Source of the DNA: a virus
Virus record (IMG/VR): IMGVR_UViG_3300021356_000797
Location: 39,841-103,840 of that record
Strand: one strand, 5' to 3'
Length of the DNA stretch: 64,000 nt
A model generated the notes under the pieces. That model saw only the letters and a program-made list of their open reading frames with translations. It searched no databases and was not told the origin of the DNA. The translations under genes and the position numbers were made by a program. This document shows, piece after piece, positions 18,968 to 28,700 of the stretch; position 1 is the first letter of the stretch; each line of letters opens with the position of its first letter.

Positions 18968-21900
18968 ATGGGTGTTCTGCCTACATGGTCATCAGCTGCT
19001 GCTGATAAAGCTAGAGAAACTTATAAAGCTCCTCAAGGTGGGGGCTTTTCTGCTAATTTAAATTCTCGTTTGTCTACTTATCAACAAGCAGAAATTCCTC
19101 AGCCTTTTAAATCTCCAGGTGCAGATTTATTTGATACGCAATCAGATATAGCATTTAGTGGAAAGCAGTTAAATGTAAAACGTTTTTATGAACATCCTGC
19201 ATATAGCCGTTTAGGATTTTCAGCTTTTAGAGATAATGATTCTTACTATAATAGTAAGGCTAGCTGGGTAGGAGATTTTAAAAGAGCCTTTAAACATTTT
19301 GGGCCAGGGTTTAGAGACGGATTTGTTTCTAATTATGCTGGCTTTGAAAGTTTAGTTGGAGGTCAGGCATTAACCCCTAGTCTATTAGATTATTCTAAGG
19401 GTAGAGAAGCTGAAGAAGCGGCATCTATTGCTATGTCTACAAGAGGTGGATGGAAACAGTCAGCCGTTAATATTCCTTACAACCTTAATTATACTGCAGG
19501 TATTATAAGCAGCATTGCCTTAGAGGATTTAGCACTTGTTGCAGCAGCACCTGGTACAGGCGGTACATCTTTAACTGGATTGCTTTTTAAAACAGGTAGA
19601 GATGTTGCTAGAGTAGGTAGTGCAATTGGTCAAGTAGCTAGAGGTGCAAGAGCTTTAGATAAAGTAGCCGATGCTAAGAAAGTGTACAATATGGTAAAAG
19701 GTACTGCTGTGCAAACTAGTAGACTTTTAATACCTGAAACAGCTACACAATTTGGTAAGTTCTATACCACTGCTAATGCTGTAGGAAGAGCCGGTAAGAT
19801 TGGAGAATCAACTCTTAATATGATAAGTACTGCTAAAGGTTTTGGTAGTATGTATCGTGATTTAAGAATGATTAACATGGCTATTGATGAGTCAAGTGTA
19901 GAAGCAGTTGGTGTACGCAATGGTCTAATGGATAGATATGTATCTGAGTTTAGTCAAAAGAATGGTAGATTGCCAAATGCTTCTGAGTATGCAGATATGA
20001 AAAAGAATGCAGATGAGGCATTAACTGCAGACTATTGGGCTAACCTTCCTGTAATTTATCTAACTAATAAACTAACTTTTGGTAATGCATCATTAGCTCC
20101 AAGGTTTATTAGAAACTATGCAGCTCCCATTAAAAACCAAGCGGGTAGATTAATTAGAACTGCTACTAAAGGTAAAGTTACTAGTGAGATTGTTGAAAGA
20201 ACAATGAACCCTATTAAGTATATTAAAAGGGCTGTTACTAATAGACAACTTGCTAAGGCTAATTTGTACGCAACTGCTAGATACTTTAAAGCAAACTTAG
20301 GTGAAGGTGTTCAAGAACTTTACCAAACTGGTGCGGCTACTACCTTTGAAGATTACTACTATAATCTATATAATAATCCAGCAATGAATGGATTTAAGTA
20401 CTATAAAGAATCTGCTAAAAGAGGAATTGGTACTTTATATAGTCAAGAAGGTTTAGAGGCATTTGCTGGAGGTTTACTTGGTGGTGGTTTATCTAATGTT
20501 GTAGGTGCAGGTACCAGGTTAGGTAGTGAGTTCTTTATGATGACTACTAACCCTGAGCAGTATGAAAAAGTTAAAAAGAATCAGAAGGAGCAATTAAAGT
20601 TTTTGAATGACTTTATTAATGAAGAGGGTAAGGATCCTCTAAAGTTTTTAGCTCCTGACTTAACAACTCTTGTAGATCTTATAAATCAGAATGGTACAGC
20701 ATATCAGTTTGCAGATGCTATGAATTTTAAAGGGGTGGAAGATATTAGAACTACCTCTTTATATCAAAAGATCCAGCAGCTACAAGCAAGTGGTTCTACA
20801 GAAACCTTTATAGATGCTATAGAGCAAATGAAATCTATGGAGGCTGAAGAAAAGATGGAGGCCTTGGGTGTAGATACTGTAGAGAAAGCTGATAAACTAT
20901 TAGATGTTATTAGTGAGCGTTCTAGAAACATGAAGTCTAATATTGAATATGTCAATAAGACTTATGAGAATCCTTACAATCCTAATCAGTTTAAAGTTGG
21001 TACTCCAGAAAGAAATGAAGAGATCTTAAAGCAGTTTGCATGGGAGCAGGCTAAGAAAGATTTGGCATTCAACTTTAGTCAGTTTAAAATTACAGCAGAT
21101 AGACTGGGTGAAATCTATAACTCAGCTGTAGAAGATGAAGCTGTTGCGGGCATGCTTAACAAGGATTTTTCTGTGCTGTTTAATACTACATTAGCTCAAT
21201 CTAAGAAAAGTGGTGTGCAGTTTGAAACCAGTTTAGAAAATGAAATTGGTTTTTTAGATACAGAGAAGTCTAATGCCCAAGCGGAGATTGCTAACATAGA
21301 TGAACAACTTACTACAGCAGATGAAGCGGGTAAGGAGCAATTAAAAACTCGTAAGAAACAGCTTCAAGAAAAGCTTAAGAGTATAGAAGGCAGATCTAAA
21401 ATACTTACTAAGTATGCTGGAGCAATAGAAAGAGTTAAGGCTGCAAGAGCTACTGTAGAAGAAGGAAAAGAACGTCCTTCAGAAGAAGCTGCTCTTAAAG
21501 ATATGTATGATGCTTTTAGAGAGTACATGCTATTTGTAGGTGAAGAAAATAACTCTCCTGTAGATGCTGTTAAATTGCAAGACACTTTTGGAAAGCTGTT
21601 AGATTTTATAGATGTAGCTGAAGACAATAGATTAGCAACTAATGCTATCACCATACTCTCAGATCCAAATGCAATACAAAGACTTAGTGATGCTCATTTT
21701 AATGGTATCAAGAAGCGTTTTGAATTACATGGTTCTTTGTCTAAACTGTTAGCTTTAGGCGTAGTAGAAAACAAGAGAACTAATGAGTTTATTGAAGCAT
21801 TAGAAGAGCTTGGGGTTGTTATTCCTTATGATCAAATGCAAGCATTGGTTCTTGAAGGAAAGACCCCCACTCAATATATTTCTGTTAACGAAGAAGATAC

Positions 21901-22747
21901 AGATGCTAATGGTTTTGTTATTGAGGGTAGCCCGTTATGGGAAAGAATCCAAGAAATAGCTGACCAATATGAAATGGGTAAAGCTGAAGCAGTAGAAGAT
22001 GTTGAAGAAGTTTCTCCTGCAGAGTCTGAAGAAGCTATGAAAGCTGAAGGAGAAGCTGAGGCTGAGGCTGCTGAAGAGGTTAAAGAGAAGAAGCCTTCTA
22101 TGACTGAGCAAGCTGCTAAGTCACAAAAAGCTACCAAGGAAGCTCAAGAGAAGCAAACTAAACGTAAGAAGACTACACGTACTCCTGCTAAGTATCAAGA
22201 GGTAAGCCTAAGAAAAGAATTAGGCGGGACTAAAGTTCTTGAGAAACTTGATGAAGACTTTGCTAAAGAGAATGAGAGAAGAAAAGAAGCTGGTGAAAGA
22301 CAGCAGACCTTTACTCAATTCATAAATGGTTTATCTAATATTGATAGTCTTGTAAAACAGGGTAGAAACCAAGCAAGTAAGATTAAAGAAAAACAAGCTT
22401 CAGAAAAGACTGTAGAAAGATATCAGAAACGTTTGGATAACGCTAAGACTATTGAGGATGTAGACCTTATAGAAATAGATATTCAGACTCTACCTATTAT
22501 GCCAGAGGATCTTCTTAAATTAGATTTCCAGAAAAGAAGAAATGAGATTATGGCTGAAGAAGCTAAGAAGAGAGGTGTTGAAAATGTACCAGAACCTACA
22601 CCTAAAGTAGAAGCACCTCAAGGAGAAAACCTAGAGCAAGCAACAGAAACTGTAGAAAGTATTGACTTCAACAAGATTAATACTGCAGAAGCTAGTGAGA
22701 AAGGTGGGGAAGTTACTGACGATGATATAAACAATATACTTTGTTAA
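18968..22747 (+). CDS. Large virion ejection protein with glycine-rich hydrophobic segments (crAss giant protein 1)
   Basis: 'AAAPGTGGTSL', 'GEGVQELYQ', 'AFAGGLLGGG' segments and coiled coils; only Cys is the last residue. Confidence 0.65.
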   Translation: MGVLPTWSSAAADKARETYKAPQGGGFSANLNSRLSTYQQAEIPQPFKSPGADLFDTQSDIAFSGKQLNVKRFYEHPAYSRLGFSAFRDNDSYYNSKASWVGDFKRAFKHFGPGFRDGFVSNYAGFESLVGGQALTPSLLDYSKGREAEEAASIAMSTRGGWKQSAVNIPYNLNYTAGIISSIALEDLALVAAAPGTGGTSLTGLLFKTGRDVARVGSAIGQVARGARALDKVADAKKVYNMVKGTAVQTSRLLIPETATQFGKFYTTANAVGRAGKIGESTLNMISTAKGFGSMYRDLRMINMAIDESSVEAVGVRNGLMDRYVSEFSQKNGRLPNASEYADMKKNADEALTADYWANLPVIYLTNKLTFGNASLAPRFIRNYAAPIKNQAGRLIRTATKGKVTSEIVERTMNPIKYIKRAVTNRQLAKANLYATARYFKANLGEGVQELYQTGAATTFEDYYYNLYNNPAMNGFKYYKESAKRGIGTLYSQEGLEAFAGGLLGGGLSNVVGAGTRLGSEFFMMTTNPEQYEKVKKNQKEQLKFLNDFINEEGKDPLKFLAPDLTTLVDLINQNGTAYQFADAMNFKGVEDIRTTSLYQKIQQLQASGSTETFIDAIEQMKSMEAEEKMEALGVDTVEKADKLLDVISERSRNMKSNIEYVNKTYENPYNPNQFKVGTPERNEEILKQFAWEQAKKDLAFNFSQFKITADRLGEIYNSAVEDEAVAGMLNKDFSVLFNTTLAQSKKSGVQFETSLENEIGFLDTEKSNAQAEIANIDEQLTTADEAGKEQLKTRKKQLQEKLKSIEGRSKILTKYAGAIERVKAARATVEEGKERPSEEAALKDMYDAFREYMLFVGEENNSPVDAVKLQDTFGKLLDFIDVAEDNRLATNAITILSDPNAIQRLSDAHFNGIKKRFELHGSLSKLLALGVVENKRTNEFIEALEELGVVIPYDQMQALVLEGKTPTQYISVNEEDTDANGFVIEGSPLWERIQEIADQYEMGKAEAVEDVEEVSPAESEEAMKAEGEAEAEAAEEVKEKKPSMTEQAAKSQKATKEAQEKQTKRKKTTRTPAKYQEVSLRKELGGTKVLEKLDEDFAKENERRKEAGERQQTFTQFINGLSNIDSLVKQGRNQASKIKEKQASEKTVERYQKRLDNAKTIEDVDLIEIDIQTLPIMPEDLLKLDFQKRRNEIMAEEAKKRGVENVPEPTPKVEAPQGENLEQATETVESIDFNKINTAEASEKGGEVTDDDINNILC

Positions 22748-22748
22748 T

Positions 22749-25700
22749 ATGGCTTTTTGTAATATAAAGACTAAACAGGCTCAAGGACTTGCAAACATTA
22801 TTGCAAAAGATGTAGCAAACAAAAGAAACGCAGGCACTCCTTACAATGTAGAGGAGGCTATGCGTAATGTCTACAATCTAATGATTGAGAATGGCCAAGA
22901 CAAAGATAGAGCTGTAACCATGGCAGCCTTAGTACCCAAAGCTGTAATTGCACAAGTTGGTCAGTATGCTCCTAACGGTGCCTACTTAGCTCCTATTCTA
23001 GGTAAAGTGGGTGAGCTGGTAAGTAAAGCCACAGACTTTAATTCTGTCATAGAAGTAATGGGTCTACAAGAAGAGTTTGCTGAAAAGTTAAATGATGTAG
23101 AACAAGCTCAAAATAATGAGATAGATGTAGAGTCTCAACCTCAGTCAGTTGAATTACCTAAAGTAGAATTAGTAGGTGGTATTCCACTTGTAGATTCAGG
23201 ATTAAGTACTACGGTATTAGAAATAGGTGACGCTGAAGGAGATCCAGCAGTAAAAGCTAATGGAGAATTTATTAGAAAGTTTATTCGCCTTGGTCAATTG
23301 CAGAGTAAAAACTTTTCTGAAGCTTATGTCTTAGATAAGATTTCTACTTACAAACTAGCATTGGTATCTTCAACTAAGATTCCTCAAGAGTCTAGAGTAA
23401 AAGCAGACGTTTATGGTCCTGTAGTATATGCATTTATTGATAGTCAGGGTAGAATTGTAACTGATGAAAACGGTCACACTCCTCACGCATTTGTAAGACC
23501 TGTTGAAAAAACTGAAGATGGTTATGTATTTAGAAAAGAGAAAAGTACCAGCAGACTTCAGATTAATAAGACAAACGCTAATAATTTAGGCCTTACTTTA
23601 GAACAGTTTGAAAAGAAAATTAAAGCTGAGGCTAGTTTCTTAAATAATGCTGCTAGAAGAATATCATCTTCTCCAGATACTATTATTCCACTAGAAGCTG
23701 TAAGAGGTACGCTTGGTGTAATAGCTAATGCTAAATCAGTTCCACTTAAAAGTATTCCTGATTTCCAACAGGAGTTTTTATTACCTGAAGGTATTGGATC
23801 TGGTACTGGTAGAATTGCTAACGTTAGCACTTTAAATAAAGATGGTAAGGTTAACGTTTATCAGGCGTTTGTATTTCAGTATCCTGGATATGATTATACA
23901 CTTCAAGCAAACGGTTTGTTACTCCGTGACACGGAATATGCCCCAGCAATCAAAGAGATTTTATTATCAAATGATTACACCCCTCTTCAGAAGAAGAACT
24001 TACTTTTTAATATTCTACAAAAGAACGTCCTTGATTTTGCAGATACTGGTGTAAAGATCCCATACTATGGTCCTAATAGTAAGGGTATCATGGTTGTTAA
24101 GGGTAAGAAAGCTATAGACTTGTCTAAGCCAGAAGAAGCTGCAAAACTTGTTGATGACTATATTAATAGAGCATATGTTAATGTGCCTATTGATTCTAAT
24201 CAACAGTATGAGTTTGATGGTCCTGTATTAGTAAGTACAAGTTCTAAAAATAAAACCTTTTTGGAGGGTGAAGATGGTACAAGATATGAATTTGAAAACG
24301 TAGTTAGTAAGTATGAGGTTGGCAAAATTCAAATGGTTAACCATATATACAATAATTTTAGAGTGTATGCTCCTACGGATTCTAAGGGTAACCTTATTAC
24401 CCCTAGTCCAGTAATTACATACAAGGCCCCTATAGAAGAAGCTCTTGCTACACCAGAAGTTTTTCAAGAAGAAAGTGTAGAGCAGATCCAAGAAGAATTA
24501 AAACTCTTAAAATCAGAACAAGCAGAAGGTAGTGCAAGTCTAGAAGATATCCTTAATCAGATTCCAGAGGACATGCCTTCTGATATGAATAAGGTATTTG
24601 GTAGAAAAAGAACCAGCCTGGATAAAGTAGATACTTTGTCTAGTGAAGCAACAGCAAAACAAATTGCTGAAGCTAAAGCTTGGTTTGAAAGTTCTCCACT
24701 ATCTAAAGTTATTCCTGTAGAGAAATGGTTTGAGATTGTAAACAGTGGTAAGGTTGCAGAATTTACTGCTAATGCTATTAAGTTGTTTGCTGGCTCTAAC
24801 TATACAGATCTTTACCATGAGGGATGGCATGGGTTCTCTCAGTTGTTCTTAACTAAAGCTGAGAAGGTTGCCCTATACAAAGAAGTAAGAAAGTTACATG
24901 GTAACATTACATTCTTAGAGGCAGAAGAATTACTAGCTGAGGATTTCCGTAAGTATCGTTTAAGTAATGGTACAATGGTGATGGATAAATCACCAGCTAA
25001 GCGTAGCATCTTTAAAAAGATTTTAGACTTCCTAAGAGCTTTGTTTGGTAACACTGAGACTAAGGTTCAGTACCGTGAGATGGTGGCTCAGGAGAAGGCT
25101 CTGCAAGTTATTAAGGAGTCTTATGACATGTTATATAGAGGAGAGTTTGAAGAACGTAAACCTAATATAGACAACTCATTCTTTCTTACTCTTAATAAAG
25201 GTGTAGAAGGAGCAGACGGTAAAGCGCTATCAGCTAAAGATTCTAAAGATATCTCTGATGCAATGGATTCTATTGTAGCTGGTATTATTAGAGACTACTC
25301 ATCTAGCCCTAAAGAAGTACTTAATAAGGAAGGAGCACTTCAGTCTCTTTATAATACTGTTAAGTTTAGACTTAGAGTGCAATTAAAACTTGCAAGCTCT
25401 GCTTCTAAAGTTGAAGACTATACTAAACTATCAAAGGAAGCTAAGTCTGATTTTATAGAGCAAGAGTTTAAATCAATTCTAGATAAGTTTGAAGATGTAG
25501 GCTTAAGAGATGAAAATAAATCTTATATTCTATCACAAGCTGAAATTGTATTATCTAAGCCTGTTGATAAGAACGCATATTACTCATTAGGTTTAGCCTT
25601 AACAAATTTTGGTGATACTGCTACCCTAAAAGATAATGCAGAAAGCACAATGCTTGGGTATCACTTTAAAACTTCAAGATACCTAGAGTCATTAGCTAAG

Positions 25701-28700
25701 TCAGAAGATATTACAGATCTTTTGGAGCTTGATATTGTAGATAGTGCTGATGATTACATGTCTTTCTATGATAAAGGTGGTAATGAAGTATCTGTTAAAG
25801 ACCTAGCAGATAATTCTGTATTGTATGCAGTACGTTCTATGAGACAGTACGATAAGTCTGGTAAAGTTATAAAGGACCGTTTTGGTTATGATAAGCTTGC
25901 TGACTTTGGTAAATCCTGGAATAGACTAAGTACAATTCTTAGAGAGTCTTACAGCATTGAAGATATGCTGGATAGAGTTAATTCAGAATCATTTAAAAAT
26001 AAAGCTTTCCAAGATCTTCAAACTGTATTGGGTAAAAATGCTGAGGCTAAAGATGATTACAAGTTTAGAATGCAAACATCTTTCTGGCAGGCATTTAATA
26101 AAGCATTTGTTCCTATATACGTAGCTTATACTACTACAGTTCTTTCTGATAAAGGTGAACTACAGCAACCTCTAAGTATTAGAGTAAAACGTGCTGAAGG
26201 AGAGGTAAGTTCTGTAGAAAAAGATCTTACCCGTAAATTTCAAGCTAATAAATCTCTACCCAATACATCTCAAGTTAATGGTACTAGAGTCCTTAATGTT
26301 ACAAAGGTCTTAGAAAAGTACAAAGGTATTACTGCAGAAAATGTTGTAGAGTTCTACAAAGACATGGGGGTTTTACCAAATGAGTTAGAGTCTTCTACAG
26401 TAAACTTCTTGTTAAGTGGAAATATACTAGTTAACACAAACTCTATGGTTGTTAACTTAAATAAGTTGGCAGCATCTAAAGAGGCAGATCTAACTACTGC
26501 AAATCCTATAAACTTTTTATCTACAGATCAAGGACTGTTCAGAGGGATGAGAAGCACCATAAAAAATATTGTAGAACAATACGGTGCTAGTGTAGGTGAT
26601 ACTGGATCATCAAGAAAACTTACTGCAGAAAGAACTACTCAGTTTGAAAGTTCTCTTAATAGTAGAGCTACAAAGATTGTCCAGTTATTAAATGGTGTAG
26701 AGAAGAATCTTGATGAGCTTCTTAACAGTCCTGCTACTGCTAATTTACATCCAGACAATAATCCTGCAATGGCTACCAATCCTATTATGAGATCTTTATT
26801 CATTATGGATAAGGAAGCACCAGGTTACAAGTCTCGTAAGACATCTAAAAACTTGTACTTGTTTAATGTAAGTGGGATGACTACAGATGTATCTGTTGTT
26901 AAATATGATAAAAACACTGGTGCAGATGTTCCAATTAGTAATACTATTAGAGGTACTAAGAATATTTCTCTTGATGAGTATACTAAATTAAATCAAGACA
27001 TTCATACTCTGTTTGTTCAAGGATATGTAGAAAACGTAAGAGCTTCTGATAAGAGTACATCATTAGCATGGAAGGTTTCTGGAGAGTCCGCTTACATTAC
27101 TCCAGCAGATGTAATAAACAAAACTTACCTAAGCAAGGCTACTAGAGCTGTGGTTAATATGCTGGCCGGAGAAATGGCTACTATTGCTAAGTATGCTGAC
27201 GCAGAGCTAAATGTGTTTGATGCTAAGGGTAATCCTATTAAAATGGATTCTTGGCAAATATTTGCTGATGTTACTGATAATGAAGGAAATGTAATTAAAG
27301 AAAACTTATTAGTTAATCCAGCAACTAAGGCTAAACTTAATAAGATAATTAAGTCTGGTAAAACAGATGCTAATGAAATAGCTAAGGAAATTCTAAAAGA
27401 AGATAGTGGACTACGTGAGGAAATTGAAAAAGGACTGCGCAGAAAAATTAAGGAAGAGTTACAAAATTTAACTGCTGTATTTGAAAAGAATGTAGAGCTT
27501 GTAGGTAAAGGAATGGCAGTTAGTAAAGAATTGAGATCTAAGATTTCTCAAAGAGCTGCTTTACCAAAAGATAGAAAGACTTTAGAAACTGCAATACTTA
27601 CAGCATTTATTACTGAAACTTTTATTCGTAATGAAGCATTCTTTAGTATTGCTAACGGTTCTTTAGCTAGTTACAGATCTGCAGATGATACTATCAAACG
27701 TAATACTACTACCTCAACAGGTAATCTATTCCGTTCTGATCAAGCTGCACAAGCTTATATTACTGCTCAAGGTAGATTACTAGAAGCTTCTTATAGTAGA
27801 AGAACTGGTAAGCCAGTAATGCCAAGAGATTACACTGGAGTTTTAAGAACTGCCATCTTAAAGGAAATGACTATTGATGGTAAAGAGCTTAACTCTGAAT
27901 GGTATGCACTTGCAGAAGAAGCTTTTAAAGCTGATGGGTTTAGTCAACAAGAGGTGGACAGTATACTTGAAGCTTACCGTAGCATGGATGAGGCAGATGC
28001 TCAGGCTTACATCACTATGGATACTTACAGACAATTAAGTATTGCAAGTGATGAATGGACTCAAGAGCAAGAGTATATGTATAACAAGCTGGTAGCTGGT
28101 GAAAACATTAATAACCCTCAGCAATACTTCCCTGTTAGAAAATATCAATACACTGGACCACTTCTTAATGCTGGTGCCCCAGTACAAGGTTTACACAAGT
28201 ATTCATTATTCCCATTAGTTCCTTCTGTTATTCAGGGTACTAACCTTGAAAAGCTTAATGAAGCTATGATGGAAGCGGGAATTGATTACGTTACTTATGA
28301 GACTGGTAGTAAAGCTGCAAGAGTTGGGCAACCAGTAGAAGCATTTGTAATTAATAAGGAAACTGGGGAACGTACTGTCCCAGAACAAACAGTTGAAAGC
28401 TTTAAGGAGAATGTTAACCTTATTCATACAGATTTCTTAAGAGATCAGTTGAGAATCAATTCTCAGTTTAAGGGTTCAGCTACTTTCTCTACTCAGTTTA
28501 GAAAGCTTCTTGCTGATGGTATATATGAAAACGGGGTTGCTAAGAATAAAGAGTTGGCCAAAGCTAATGAAGCATTCCTTAAAAACATTGATGACCTTAT
28601 TGCATATGAGACAGCTCTTCTAGAAAAAGAAATAGATACTAAGGATAAACTAGTTGCTCTAATTAAAAGAGAGCTTGAAAGAAGAGATGTAGAAGACTAT